A DNA stretch of 64,000 bases. Origin: Ginglymostoma cirratum (lineage: Eukaryota). The notes under the pieces are model-generated. The model had not been told where the DNA came from. It made no database searches and saw only the letters and a program-made list of their open reading frames with translations. Each line of letters begins with the position of its first letter. Positions within the stretch are counted from its first letter, which is position 1. The position numbers were made by a program, and so were the translations under genes. This document shows, piece by piece, positions 37,740 to 52,765 of the stretch. The DNA is taken from the NCBI GenBank assembly GCA_024137785.1, contig JAHRHZ010000035.1, forward strand, positions 22,431,348-22,495,347, written 5' to 3'.

Positions 37740-39410
37740 TTTAGACCCTTATTTTGGTGACATTGTTTGGTGTCAGGGAGGAAGCACAGAAAACCTCTTA
37801 AATGTTAGGAAACCAAGGGACTGGTGAGAATGAGAAATTGAGGAAATTAGTATTATTAAAGAGGTCATCACTCAAAAAGTTAATTGGATTAAAGTTTGTT
37901 AATTCCCCTGGTCCAGATGATCCACGTCCCACAATGTTGAGGAAGATGGTTGTGGAGATAGCAGGTGGTGAACATCTTTCAAAATTCTACAGATTCTGGA
38001 AAGGTCCCTACACACGGAAAGGTAGCAAATATAACCAGACTGCTTGAGAAGAAAGGGAGAGAGAAAATGGGGAACAACAGATCTGTTAGTTTCATGTCAG
38101 TGGTCAGGAAAATATTACAATCTATTAAAGAAGATATGTTAATTGGGCACAAAGAACAATGGTAAAACTGGGCAGCGTACACATGGACTAATGAAGAGAA
38201 ATCATCTTTGACAAAGCTGAAGCTTTTGAAGATGCTACCTGTAGCATAGTTAAGGAGACCCAGTGGATGTGAACTATTTGGATTTTCAGTGCTTTTGATA
38301 AGGTGCCACACAAGTTAATGAACAAAACTCGAGCATATGGAATTGGGGGCTATATACCATTTTGGATTAAAAATTGGTCAACAGTCAGAAAACAGAGTAG
38401 GAATAAATGTGTAATTCTTGGGATGATAGGCTGTTACTGGTCAGGTACTGCAAAGATAAATATTTGAATCACAGCATTCACAGTCTATACATATGATAAG
38501 GATGTGGGGTCAAATTGTAATATTTCCAAATGTGCTAGTGACACAAAAATAGGTAAAAATGCAATTACAATGAGGATACAAGGAAAGTTAAAGATGACTT
38601 GGACAGGTTAAGTGAATGAGCAAGAACATGGCAGATGCAATATAATAAGTGTCAAATTACCTACACTGTTAGAAAAAAAAAATCAGAAAGACAGAATGTT
38701 TCTTAACTGGAGAGATTGAGAACTGTTGACGTCCAAAGGGATCCGAGTGTCTTTATTTATGAGTCACCATGGGGTGCAGCAAGCAATTAGGAAGGTGAAT
38801 GATATGTTGGCCTTTGTCGGAAGGGAAACTGAATACAAGAATAATGATGTTGTTAAAATTGTATACAACGTTGGTACAACTGTACCTGGAATATCACAGA
38901 ATTTTTCATCTCCTTATCTAAGGAAAGATAAACTTACCAAAGAGGATGTAACAGAGTTTCAACAGATTAATGCCTGGGATGGCTGGACAGTATTAACAGG
39001 AAACTGAGCCTGTACTTTTCTTGGGTTTTGAACAATGAGATTAGTGGTGTGATCTCATTGACACTTCAAATTCTTACAGGACATATGTAAACAGGATGAT
39101 TACTGTGGCTACATCAATAGACAGGGGACAGTCTCAGAATAAGGGTAGGCTATTTAAGACCAAGATGAGGAAAGACTTTCTCCACTCAGTGTTGGTGAAT
39201 TTCTAAAATTCTCTACCCCAAAGGACTGTGGATGCTCATTCATTGAGCATGTTCAAGACAGAAATTGGTAGATTTCTGAAGACAACAGACAGACACCAAG
39301 GGATATGTTGATGGTGTGGGAAAGTGACATTGAAGTAAATGACCAGCCATGAACAAAGTGAATGGCAGAGCAGAGTTGATGGAGTGAATGGCCTATTTCT
39401 GCTGCCATGT
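37740..39410 (+). mobile_element. CR1-type LINE, RT region to 3' tail, decayed
   Basis: ORF fragments KFVNSPGPDDPRP, KVANITRLLEKKGREKMGNNRSVSFMSVVRKIL; gattttcagtgcttttgataaggtgccaca (DF.KAFDKVPH-like). Confidence 0.85.
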
Positions 39411-39790
39411 TGCCACAGCACAGCAATTATAAATGATCACTTCACATGCAATAGAGCAAAAAAACCACAGGCATGATTATATTACAAAGTACATGTGCTT
39501 TTTAGCTGAATGTCCACATTTCCTACACGGAACTTTGTTGGTAAAACAAGACCAAAATTTTCAAAACCTAATCCAAGCTGACAGTTCAGCGCAGCACTGA
39601 GGCGTGCTACATTCAGGCATTGTTTTTTAATCTGTAATTCCTGTAGACCCTTTGGTTCTGAGGTGGATGTGAATGATTCCATGGCACTAACCAAAGGTTA
39701 GAAATACCTGTTAATTTAAATTAACACAAAACTGTAAAGATCTGGAAAAAAATGATTCAGAACTCTGACTTTTTTCTAAGCATTTGGTAC

Positions 39791-39960
39791 CTTTCTTTGT
39801 TAATATCTGCATTTAGTGTCTGCAGCTGCTCCAGCATTTTGTCTTGATTTAAGAGTTTCTTATTGGAGAGCTTCAGCTCTTCTTTGGTTTGATCTAGCTC
39901 TGTTTTCCGCTCTTCAAGTTCCTTTTCAATATTGAGCAACAGTTCTTCTTTCCTCAAGAG
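39791..39960 (-). CDS. GOLGA1: GOLGA1 coding exon 7
   Basis: LLRKEELLLNIEKELEERKTELDQTKEEL...NADINKE(R), 170 nt. Confidence 0.93.
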
Positions 39961-40393
39961 CTGTCAAGCAAATAAAAGAATGATGTTTACTGATTAGTTT
40001 TAGATCTGAATTAAAATGTTTTAACATAGTTGTTAGATTTAAGTTTAAACATGACACCTAACTGAAACGAAACAACCCAACTAATTTAAACGCAAATAAA
40101 ACTAAGTTACAGGACAACAAGAAATTGCTTGCCGGTGGCCCATGGGTTGCAATTCGCACACCACTAATCTCATAAATAAGGGTACCGAGCAATGTAACGT
40201 TACATCAGATGCATTAAGTGGTCGAGAATTAACTTATTCCAAATTCCATTAGGGAAAATTTATAAAAACCGAAAGTACTGTGGATGCTGTAGGGGAAAAC
40301 TTGCTCACCAGAAACTATACAACACAAAATAAAGCAATGAGACTTTCTAAATGATGGAAGATTGTGAGAACGTTCATGCTCCACTTTTTATAC

Positions 40394-40522
40394 CATATGT
40401 TTGACTTTGGCAAGTTCCTGTTGCTGAAATCCATCCAGTTCGTCCTGTTCGTCTCGTTTCTGGAACAGATTTAAACTGTGATCCTTCATTTGCTTCAGCT
40501 GATTCTCAAACATTGCCTTCTC
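40394..40522 (-). CDS. GOLGA1: GOLGA1 coding exon 6
   Basis: [43 protein letters not shown], 129 nt. Confidence 0.95.
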
Positions 40523-41352
40523 CTACAAAAGTTAATTAAGAAAAAAGAAAGAAAAGGCTATTAAAATCTATGAAGGTATTTTTAGACACAACTTCAAAAT
40601 CAATGCCATTAAGCAATTCTGAAAATCATTTTACACGTAGTCTCTGTATAATACATCATGGATGCCTAGTTAAGTAAGTTTGCGTAAAGCCAGATGACCA
40701 TAGGGCTCGCTCATTAGAGGGAAACGACTATTAGTGGTTTAACCTGACGGTTACCGTAGTTCAGACAAAGGGAGAGCTTGAAAAGGTGGAACCTTCATGA
40801 TAACTTCAGCTGGTGCAGGGAGTACCACCCTGGTAGTCACATAGATAAGAATGTCAGGTTGGTAAGAGTGGACTACCTTGCTGCAAACATTAATAAGGCA
40901 TTATTGTAGCTACGAGGAAAGCAAGCAAACATAATGCATTTCCTTGTAGACAAGGTGAGCAAGAAACAAGTGGAATTCTTTTGTGTTAACATCAATGAAG
41001 GGAGAAGATATGGTTACATAGATGGAATCTAGGAGTCTTTTAACCATCGAGTGTCACTTGGAGCTGCTATGTTTCGTCACATCAGTTGCACCTTGTCCGG
41101 TATGACAAAAACAAATTAACCATCACTTAGCTAACCGTTGTTTCAAGGATCTCATTGCAAACAAAATAGCTGTCAGAAAATCACGAAAGAATTTAATACC
41201 ACTCTGGATGGGTACTTACGCCAGATGGGGCATCTGGTCCGGATTGTACAATCAGAAAATCAAAAGTATTTCAATCCCATTTCTTAATTCTCTTTAGCCA
41301 GTGAACAGTTCATAATAATGGACAATACTTAAAAGCCATGAAAATGCAATAC

Positions 41353-41385
41353 CTTTTCAAGAACGGAAACTTTCAGCATCCAGTC
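41353..41385 (-). CDS. GOLGA1: GOLGA1 coding exon 5
   Basis: ttcag|DWMLKVSVLEK|gtatt, 33 nt, phase 0/0. Confidence 0.85.
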
Positions 41386-41524
41386 CTGAAAATAGAAATG
41401 GCAATTATTTTTCTTTCTAAACTGTAATTGCAGAAACATTTTCAGAAAAAATACAGCTTTAAATCAATGCATAAAATTAATACATTTATGGAATCTATAA
41501 AGTGCATCTTTTGATTAATTAATT

Positions 41525-42172
41525 TAGAGTCATAGAGTTGTACAGCACAGAAACAGACCCTTCAATCAAACTCGCCAATGGCAACCAGATATCCTAAATT
41601 AGTCTAGTACCATTTGCAAGATTTGGCACATATCGCTTCAAACGCTTGCTATTCATTTTAAATGTTCTAACTGTACCAGCCTTCACCACATCCTCTGGTA
41701 ATTCGCTCCATACACGTACCATCCTCTGCATGAAGAAACTGCCCCTTAGGTCCCTTCTCCATCTTTCCACTCTCACTTTAAACCCCGAGTTTTGGAATCC
41801 CCTACCCTGGGGAAAAAGACCTTCACTATTCATCCTATCCCCCTCTTAATTTTATAAACCTCCATAAGGTCATCCCCCAACCTCTGACACTCCAGGGAAA
41901 ACAGCCCCAGCCTATTCAGCCTCTCTCTACAGTTCAAACCCTCCAACGCCAGCAACATTCTTGTAAATCTTTTCTGCACCCTTTCAAGTTTAACAATATC
42001 TTTCCTACAGCAGGGAGACCAGAACCGAATGCAGTATTCCAAAAATGGTGTAACCAATGTCCTCTGCAGCCCCAACATGACATCCCAACTCCGAGACTCA
42101 ATGAACTGACCAATAAAGGCAAATGTACCAAATGCCTCCTTCACCACCCTGTCTACCTGTGACTCCATCTTC
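41525..42172 (-). mobile_element. CR1-type LINE 3' fragment (relatively young)
   Basis: ORF 41830-42168 LEYCIRFWSPCCRKDIVKLERVQKRFTRML; tail agagtcatagag. Confidence 0.9.
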
Positions 42173-42776
42173 CAAACAACCCTTTATCTGTGAATCTGAC
42201 ATACATTAAGTTCTCAGACAGGGATGGTGGTACAGTACATTGGTGTTCTGAAAATATTAACTGCTAGGGTCTATATGTTGTCAATCTAAACAGCTACTAG
42301 CAAAGGGAAGGAGCTTTTTCATGGGGGTAGAGGAAAACAAAACAAGTTTAGAATGCATGTTAAACTGTGCTTTTCCTCTTTCTAACTGCAAAGCTCAGAG
42401 CAGTGGGCTGCAATTTGGCTGCAGAAAGAGGAGTTGCTCTGAGAAGGGATTACAATGATGCATATAAAAATATTTTGCAGCTCTTTAGGAATTTTATCTG
42501 CAAGGAGTTCTAGAATGATGCTGAAAGCCACAGTAATCAATGATCATACATCTGGCTACTTCAATCCAAAAATGTTCAATCTAGTATAGCATTATGTTAT
42601 AAAACAAAGAAATGTGGATGGTGGAGATCTGACAAAAACAGGAAGTGCTGGAGAAACTCAGCAGGTCTGGCAGCATATGTGGAGAGAAAAACAGCTAATA
42701 TCTTCAGTCTGGTGAACCTGCATCAGAACTATCATAGTATAACGTAAACTTCATTTTGCAACTTGATTCAGGTTAC

Positions 42777-42874
42777 CTGATCCCTCTTTTCTAAGGCTTG
42801 TGCCATTCCTTCTGCCATTTTTGCTCTGTTGGCTTGATATGCCTCATTCTGTTCCTGAAGTTTCCTCATTGAGG
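42777..42874 (-). CDS. GOLGA1: GOLGA1 coding exon 4
   Basis: (S)[32 protein letters not shown], 98 nt. Confidence 0.95.
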
Positions 42875-43226
42875 CTGATTAAAATTTGGAAAAATATTGG
42901 ATATTATTACTTTATGGTAAATGAAATTTCATTAAGCATCTAATTGTCTTGTCCTGTTATGTGAACTTTTAAAAACCGACACCATTATTTTCTACCCCAA
43001 AATTAATAATGTTGGTTCTTTTAAAAAAAGACATGTAAATGTTCTTCCATAAATTTTAACAATAAAATCATATTGTTATCTATGTTTGCTACTGATGTCT
43101 TCAAAGACAAAGTAATTCAGAAAGGTTTCTGACTTCATTTATACTTTATTATAAATGGATTACCATCCCAAAAAACTCAATGAATTCAATCTCTCAATAA
43201 GAAACAATAAAAATTAAAATACGTAC

Positions 43227-43301
43227 AATCCTGATGTTTTTCTAATGCAATCTCAAGCTTCTCTTTTGTCTTCTGCAAATTTCGCAGCTGCTCAGCATAA
43301 T
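43227..43301 (-). CDS. GOLGA1: GOLGA1 coding exon 3
   Basis: (D)[24 protein letters not shown], 75 nt. Confidence 0.95.
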
Positions 43302-46300
43302 CTTGTATTAGGGGAGGGGGACGCAGGTCAGGAGTTCAAAACAGGCAAAAAGAAAACAAAACACAGGAATAATCATGAGTGACAGAAATAAATGATTTTC
43401 CCCAACAGAAAATCATTACTGTTAAGGAGAACATGTGTTGATGACATTCCCTTAACATGTTAATGGCAAAAAGAAAGATCTACTTTACGATTAAGAAATA
43501 AAGCATAATATGGAAAGTAATGTTGAATACATGCTGGAGCCTGTAGAGATTAAACACTGAATTGAACTAAAGTATTTTTCTGAACTACTGGAAGAACCAC
43601 TAATTGTAATTCACATGTAACAGTTTCAATCTTTTCCATCAGTTGTCATATGAACTCGTAAATCAGGCTTTAGCAAACAATTTTAAATTGTTGTTCACTC
43701 ACCATGTCCCACAAGCGATTTCTCAAAGCCTTGAACAGCTCAAAAACCAATAAACAATATCTAACCAACCACATCACTGAATCTATTAGAGAAACGTTGA
43801 ATGAAACCATATTTGTAAGAAAGGTAGCTTTGTAAAGCTAAAAATGTGAAACCAAATTCACATTTTAAATTAAGTCAGATAGATTAAACATTAGCCTTAA
43901 TACAAGTTCAAACTGAACTACTGTATTCCGTGCACCCTACACTACAAAAACAAGTATACAGTAGGTTCAAATGCATTGAATTGAATTCTATCAAGTATCC
44001 AACTCATTAAGATCTTCCATGCAATTCAGTAACTAAACATGCCATTCGGAGCTTTCTAATACATGTAGAGGTGAGGTGAAGAGATCACCTGAGAGTTTGA
44101 AAGACTAATCGGGGTTACAAAATAAATAGTGATAGATTGTTTGTACTGGTTGTTGAGATGGTAACAATGTAACAAAATTTTAAGATAACAACATAATGTA
44201 TACAAGGGGATGTTGCCAAAATATTCTACACACAGGCTTGTATCCTAATAGAAGGTTTGTAAGAGCATCATCTTTTAGGACTGTAGCTTTAAATTTAGAG
44301 CAACTGAAGGTGGTCATGTGAACTATTCTGAAGTTCACTTGCCTATAGTCTGTATGGTTTCAATGCTAGAGATGAGAAGAAGATTTTAGATTGTTTTACT
44401 AAAAGGGTGGTGCAAAGTATTTATGCTTTGAGACAATGGCAGCATTCCAAGTATAACATGAGTAGGTCTGAAGTCTCCTAAGATGGTGTCGAAGTTGCAG
44501 GAGTGCAAACACGTATGTCGTAAATTATCTACGTATGTCTAAGATTAAAAGAATTTGAGATCAAGGAATGGTAATTAACATTTCTACTTACAAGATTAAT
44601 GCATTTCACGTTTCCATGGCCAAAGAGTGCAGAGGAAGTCATTTTGAGATCAAGTTGCTGGTTTCCCTACAAGTCTGGAATATCATAGGCTGACATGTGT
44701 TCTGCATGGTCAGATGGAAAAGATTGCTTAACTTTACAAGCTACTACAGCTGATGCAGATGGGAAATGTTCTCGAACCAAATAGGTAAATCCTGCAGTCC
44801 TCTGAAGATGCCCGGAGATTTGTTCTGGCATGGCCAGGAGGATAAATGACAATCAGAACAGGCTTTACTGGTATGGTTAAATGAAAGAAACTTCCCAATA
44901 ATTGAGGAAAGTGCTCAGAGACTAGATTATGACTTGGTAATATGGGAATACTTGAACCCATAAGAAACGAGGAGCAACTGTTGTCTTTGCTGCAAGGGCT
45001 GTAATTCTCTGGAGAAGTGATAAACACAAAATAGTGAAATGTTCCTCTCTGCTGTTTAAAAGTACAAGTTACCCAGAAAAAGAAAAACTCAATTTTTTGT
45101 CATTTGTTACAGTAAAAGTAGGAGTTACCAAATATTACAGCCTAGAAACAGGATGCTTATTCAACAAATTTTGCCCATAGTTTTCTCCATGTGAACTGTC
45201 AAGCTAATCTCAATCTCCTCACTGCCCATCTCTTTATATTTCTTTCATTCATATACCTTCAAATTGCTTTTATAAAGAATTTATGCACTCTGATTCAACA
45301 ATGGTTTTCAGCAGAGAATTCCACATTCTAATAATTGTGTCTACAGTGGTTTTTCTAATCTTGCCCCTATCTCAGATTATTTTAGAATTCCTGCTTATTG
45401 GAAAACAACCTAATGTTTCATATTACGTCAATATTTTTCTTTCATAATTTTATTCAAGTCATGATTTAATCTTCCTCGTGTTTCTTTCACTGCACCCCTC
45501 CATCTTATTTTGATTGCCCTTTTTTTTAAATGTTCCTATATTTGAGCACTTTCCTATTAAAATAAAACTACTGACTGGGTTTGATTAAATATTATATTCT
45601 GATTGTAGACAACTTTAAATCACAGAGTGGAACATTTTCCTTTTAGTTTATCACAACCTCCACAGAGTTACAGCCCTTACAGCAAAATTTAACAGTTACT
45701 CCACTTTTCAATGCATCCCCCAATCCCTATTTCGCTCAGCAGTAAATTATAGTCCCCCTATACTTTTCTCACCCTAAGCAGGGTTTCTTAAATCAGTCAC
45801 CAGCAACAAAGCTCGTTCTGATCATTTTTCTGCCCCCAGTGGTGCCATAAATCAAATCTCCGGAATCCTTAAAAACTGCAGGATGCATCTCTCCAACTAG
45901 ATACTGCCTCTGTCCTTTACTTTTGCTGACCACATAGAACTCTTGTCTCTGCCATAGTCAGGACAGGGAGATTATGATTAAAAAGCAATACGATTATATT
46001 ACCCCTACAAATGCAAATTGTGACATCATTTCTATAAAATTGGGGTCATGGCTGTGAAGAATTGAAATACTATTGTAACCCATTATGCATATCAAAAAAG
46101 TAAAAACCACAAATGCAGCCATCAATTCAATAGCAAAGCTTCCATGTATAACTGGTAATCATCATGCAGAGGCAATCTGCTTGGCTTCGCCATGTTTCCA
46201 GGGCAGAACACGGTTGCATACTGAAGGACTTTTCCTGTCCAGTGAAGCACCAGTGGGTCACACAAAACAACAGGTCGTGTTTGCAAGCAGCTTTGAAGCA

Positions 46301-49214
46301 AAGGCCTTAGGAGACACAATTTGATGAAATGGTAAAATGCCAACACCGCAAATGGTCCATCAGGCACTACCATAATGATTAGTGGCTACTGCAACTTGAC
46401 AACAGACATAAACACTGAAAATAACAAAACGCGAGGACACCTGATAACAAATTCATGCGTGTCAGCTGTTCCTATCTTAACCTGTATTCGGTGTGGTTTG
46501 AACTAGTCAGGTGCCATCACTCGACCGCACTCTCTGTAATTCTTTTTGTCTTTTTATATGCCCTGTATCATAGCAACAAGCATAGAGATTTACCACATAA
46601 CCCAGAGCAATTGCCTGTTAAATGGTTTCCACTTTTTGATAAGCTCTAAATGTTTTCTGCAGACTCCAAGGAGCTATCACAATTGCAGTCAAGTAAAGAG
46701 TTTCCTTTTACAAATACCATTATTAAACTTCTAGGTTAACTGGGGACAATAACAAACAAGGATGACTTTGGTTGTGAAAAATGAAAATGTTTGACAAATT
46801 TGCTAATATTTTTAAGGATATAATGAGCAGAGTTGATAATGAGGAACCAGCAGATGTTGTGTATTGGATTTCCAGAAGACATTTGATAAGGTGACACATA
46901 AAAAGTTATTGTACAAGCTAGGAACTCACAATATTGCGGGTAATGTAATCTCAAAATATGTGCTGAAACCTCATCCCTGTATTCCCTCATGACAATCCAA
47001 ACCTTACCACGTTAATGCAAAAGTCCAAGATATCTATACTCCAAAGTAAAGTAGCAAATAAACAATCATTTGAAAAGTTAATTTTATTACAGACACTTCA
47101 CAAGACAAAGTACTTTGATTACTATTACGAGGCATATCACATGTCACAGTTTTTTCTTATGTACAAAAAGATAATAGATAATATTCTAAGTATTTTCTCT
47201 CCTTCAATATACTGACAAGTTAACCTTGGAGATATTAATTCAAGACGAGCACTGCACACATCCATCAGATGAATTAACAGCTCCTAGTTTTCTCAGTAAA
47301 TATTAATCGACATCAGAGCAATGCAAAACACAATCCCCTCTTGAAAGAGCATATTAACATTAAAAATGGATTGGACTGGATTGTATTAATAATGCAATAT
47401 CTAAAGCTAAAGTTTCCAGACCGTTTGCCAATTTTATATTTATCCTTCATTGTTTTGTCAACAGTGTTCTTTACTTCAAACAATGCTCACTTAACAGAAA
47501 AGTCCAATAAATTTATCATATGCATTCAAATATAAAATAGAATTCATTAAACACTCGTATGCAAGTTTCAATTAATTACTAAAAAGGCTAATGGATCTTT
47601 AGTTCAAAAGGGGTGGAATACCAAGGGTGAAAGCAAAATTACATTTGAAAAGTCCAATGAGATCCAATCTGGAGCACTATATTCAATTCTAGACAGTGCT
47701 TTAGAATTAGAGCTGGAGTAACATCAGAAAGCTCCTCTTCACACAAAGACTACCAGAAATCTAGAACTTGCTCTCTGAAAAAGCTGTCGAGGCTATGTCA
47801 ATACTTACGATTTATATTTTATTAGGCAATGGTGTCACTGAGCCAAGGAGGCTAAAACAAATTAAAATTTTCATCAACAATAATCCAAACTGGTTGAACA
47901 GATTGACTGATCTATTTCTGTTTCTACATTGTTACTGATCCATGTGAAACCCTGGGAAGAAGGTATATTTTAAAATTTTTGTTAACTCCTTACTTTTCAC
48001 TATCAGCATAGGTTCCAACCTCTCTCAAATTTAACCTTTTGCACTACACTCAATTAGTCATGGCTGCAATGGGTTGTAAATAGTTTCTTAGTTATTTTCA
48101 ATCACGGAAAGACACATACCCAAATACAAGGACAATTAAATACAATTCAGAGGATGAATATTTAGCAATTTATCCATATTTTGTTAACTGAAACTCAGCT
48201 CTTCCAATGTTCTCTTGGCTAGTCTCCCATCTTGTACTCAAACTTCAGCTCTTTCAAGACTCTGCTGCTTATATCCAAACCTTGACCAAGCCCCATTCAC
48301 ATACCACCTTCGTATCTTGACTCCTGACCTGGCACAGCCTAAAACTTAAAATTCTCATTTTTGTTTTCAAATTCTTCCAGCTCTAAACACCAAAAACTTT
48401 GCACTCCTCAAATTCTGACCACTTGTGTATTCCCAATTCCCATCAACCCACAACAGCAATCACGCTTTCAGTAGTTTGCATTCCTGGTTATGGAATTCCC
48501 TAACTAAACCCCTGTCTTTTCTTAAATTAAGGTGGTCCCTAAAATCCTCTTCGTCAAAGGCTCATGTCATCTATTCTAATACCTCCGTGTGAATTGGGGT
48601 GAAATTTTCCTTTTGTAATTACTCCTGTTGTTTCCTAGGTCATTTTACATGTTAAAAGATATTCATAGATGTTTATAATGTAGGAGTCATATCAAATGAT
48701 TACAAGTTACTGGCTAACATGCCATAGTCTTAATATGACTTGCAAATGTAAATTTCCTAAGATCTCCCAAAACAGCTGTCATATAAACATACTTTATGAG
48801 GGATAATTGTCAAAATGATCATCCTTTATCCATTACTATAAAAATTGTTTTTTTTTCACACTTGTACGAGGATCTCAATAATTACCTCACTGCTTTGTTG
48901 CGAATTATTTATTAGGCTTCCTTTCTTTCTCATAAACAGCAATGCAAGATAATTACAATTTCCACTAATTTTCCTCTAATAACTATTTTCGTCTGCATAG
49001 CTGTTGATGATTTAACTCCAGCCATCAGAAGAGCTGTTAAGTCAAATGCATTCACATTTTGCATTCAAGTGCACAATGTTTGCTGCCAGGTTCCATTCTG
49101 AAATGCCATTTTTAGGGCAGCCAAAAATCATACTTGTAGAAAATAATAAGACTTCGAGCCCCATTGCACTACACAAATTTAACATGTACTAGAATTTGAT
49201 AGTATGGTGTATTT

Positions 49215-50075
49215 ATAGAGTCATAGAGTCATACAGTCATACAACATGGAAACAGACTCTTCGGTCCAACCAATCACGCTGAACATAATCCCAAACTAAA
49301 CTAGTTGCACCTGCCTGCTCCTGGCCCATATCCCTCCAAACCTCTCTTATTCATATACTTATCCAAATGTTTTTTAAATATTGTAATTGTACCCACATCC
49401 ACCACTTCCCCAGGTGGCTCATTCCACACACAAACCACCCTCTGTGTAAAAAATTTGCCCCTCATGTATTTTTTAAATCTCTCTCCTCTCACCTTAAAAA
49501 TATGCCCCCTTGTCTTGAAATCCCCCATCCTAGGCAAAAGACTACTATTATTAACTCCATCTATACCTCTCTTACTTTACAAACTTCTATCTGGTCACCT
49601 CAATAGATAATAGACAATAGGTGCAGGAGTAGGCCATTCGGCCCTTCGAGCCAGCACCATCATTCATTACGAACATGGCTGATCATCCACAATCAGTATC
49701 CTGTTCCTGCCTTATCCCCATAACCTCTTGACCACCTATGCTTCAATGAAAAAATGTTCCACATTATCCAGCCTTCCATTACAACTCAAACTTTGCATAC
49801 CCAGCAACATCCTTGCAAATCTCTTCTGAACCCTCTCAAGCTTAATAATATCCTTCCTATAACTAGGCAACCAGACCAGTTTCCAGAAGAGGCCTCACCA
49901 ATGTCTTCTACAACCTCAACATGACTTCCATGCTCAAAGGCTGAGCAATGAAGGCAAACTTGCCAAATGCCTTTTTAACCACCCTGTCTCTATGTGATGC
50001 AAATTTCAAAGAATTATGTGCCTGTACCCATAGGTCCTTCTCTTCCACAACACTACCCAAGGCCCTAGAGTGCAC
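49215..50075 (-). mobile_element. CR1-type LINE 3' fragment containing a second short CR1-tail insertion (about 49600-49730)
   Basis: ORF KTRGHIFKVRGERFKKYMRGKFFTQRVVCVWNE; tandem tail agagtcatagagtcatacagtcatac. Confidence 0.85.
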
Positions 50076-50970
50076 AGTCACGACAATATTCAAGGCCTGG
50101 ATTATATATTATTGGCAGGCTCCCCACACCCAGTGTAAGTGTCAGGGGCAAACTTACCTCCAATTAGCAAGCTCATCCTGCTTTAATTTTTCTGGTAATA
50201 AACCTTTTAATTAGTATGAGGCAGGACTTTTATCCATCTCCAGGAGGCCCATCTGGTGGAGATGCCAGGTGTTCTGCAGGTGGACCTGGACATTCAAGTA
50301 AATCTAGGATCCTGCTGGAGCCAAGCTGACAGGGCCACGTGAGGGAGAGGGGCATACTGGCCATAGTAGGCAGTGGTGTGTAAGATGTTCAGGAGAGACA
50401 AACTTTTGCAAAGAGGTTCCAATTGGCAAGAGGCATCCCTCAACTCCCTGCATATCCCCTCTAATTATGCCAGCAGCCATATGGATTAAAACTGCTAAAC
50501 TACACACGGAGCACTGGCCTCTTTTGTTGCCCAAGCGGAGGCACAATGAGCTAAATTGGACATTATTTGCTCACTCAATGGTCTCAATTTTGCCATGGCC
50601 AGGTGACCCACGTAACACCCCCACAGCATTCTAATTTGTGTCCACCCACTTGCTTTCTCAGCTACAGATGGCTTGGCAAGATCAACTCAAGTCAGTTGTG
50701 ATGTTAACCTGAACTAAATTGACTCTGATGTGAACAAAACATACTAAGGATGGATATACACTAAATCAAGCTTTTGACCATTGCTAGAATATGAATATTT
50801 AAAAGATAAAACATTATTTTGGAATTTTCTATACAGATATATTTTATACATCTCTTCTTCGCAAATTACCATGACACTTTAAACTGAAATAGATGATCAC
50901 AAAATAAAATGTAAATGTAAATGCTGATTGCAACATGCAAACTGAAAAACTTGTTTTTCAAAGCAGGTAC

Positions 50971-51061
50971 CTGACAGTTTTACTTCCAACTTCCGAACTT
51001 GGTCATTTCGCCGTAGCAGCTGAGACAACAGATCCTCTCGAGAACAGCTACTGTCAGAAGC
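50971..51061 (-). CDS. GOLGA1: GOLGA1 coding exon 2
   Basis: [30 protein letters not shown], 91 nt. Confidence 0.95.
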
Positions 51062-52765
51062 CTTGGAAAAAGAGTGAAAAAGATTATTTTTAAAAAAACG
51101 TAAATACTACAGCTTAAACGGTTTATTTTTCTAATGCTACTAAGCATTTCAGATAGCCTTAATTTACTTTAACCAAACCAGAACCTTGTTCATTCCCCAT
51201 GCAGTGATCTAAAATCTAAAACACTTTCTTGAAACACTTGAGTCTCTATCACACTTTTAAAAGTACAATGGCTATAGTATACAACAGTGTTACATCACAT
51301 CAATTTACCAAATGTCACCATTACTTACTTGGACTTTGATTTGCCAACCACACAAGCAATTATGGTCCCACCACTGAAGATATCGGCAACTGAATTCAGG
51401 ATTTTTCCTGAATCACCTCACTGACTAATTTAGCATCATTACAGATGTTTTGTATTGCTAATTTAAAACCATTCAAGTTCACACATTGTCAGTTTTTCAA
51501 TTACAAATAGGGAGTAAAGTCTAGAGTCAAAACCTTGAGTAAATGAGGGCAGAGTAAATGTTTTCTACCTGAACTATCAATAAAGCTCAACAAATAAAAG
51601 TACAATCCACATTGTTCATAGCTAAAACAGACAGTTGTCTTAGGGATCACTGACATTTCCAAAAATACTGGCTGACTTGTTTTCATAGCTAGACCAACGG
51701 ACAGAGAAAAGGAAAAGTACAATCAAATTAAATGGTACACTTGCAAACAATGGTGGGATATAATATATCTCACATTTGAAGCTGCACTGCAAGTATTATC
51801 CAATATGCTCACAATTCAGCACATGGCGAGGAAGCCATGGGCAGGTGGGTGAATTGATGTTTTTTGTTTTTGAGCTACACACAGTATTGTCTTGAATTAA
51901 AGTTTCAGCTGCTGGTATGAGAAAGTGTCACTTGCTAAATCATTACATGTCATCTAACCATAATTCAGCAAGAAAGAATCAACCACACTTCTGCCAGACA
52001 GGAGTAACATATCGAATAGACAGAGACCTGGAAACTGAACTGAAGAAAAATAATACTACCTTTGCTTGTCCTATACTCTCTGGGTGCCGCTAAGTGATGG
52101 TACATTAGACCAGTAGGATCACTGTGAAACGCTACAAAAGTACGGCCAGACTTCAAAGGACAACAGTCCAAAAAGCTCTTGAAATTTTCTTGGGTAACTC
52201 AGTGTTTACTGGATGATATCTGAAGAACTTGCTTTCATTGCCAATGTATTATTCCCGCCTATGTAAATTCAAACTTAGAAATTGATTAATTGATGCAAAA
52301 TAAATGACCGCAAAGCATATTAAGAATTACACAATATCCTTAAATAACATTGAGCGCCAAACCACAAACAATAAATCCATGGGACCTGATCAGGTACACC
52401 TAGAACTCTGTGGGAAGCTAGGGAAGTGATTGCTAGGCTCCTTGTCTAGATATTTGTCTCATCGATAGCCACAGATGAGGTGCCAGAAAACAGGGGATTA
52501 GCTGACATGGTGCCACTATTTAAGATAGGTGGTAAAGAAAACCAGAGAACTATACACTGATGAGCCTGACATTGGTGGTGGGCAAGTTGTTGGAGGGAAT
52601 GCCGAGGGACAGGATTTACATGTATTTAGAAATGCAAGAAATGATCAGTGATAGTCAACATGGCTTTGTGTGTAGGAAATCGTGTGTCACTAGCTTGATT
52701 GAGTTTTTGAGGAACTAATGTAGAGGACTGATGAGGGCAGAGCAGTAGACGAGATTTATACAGGC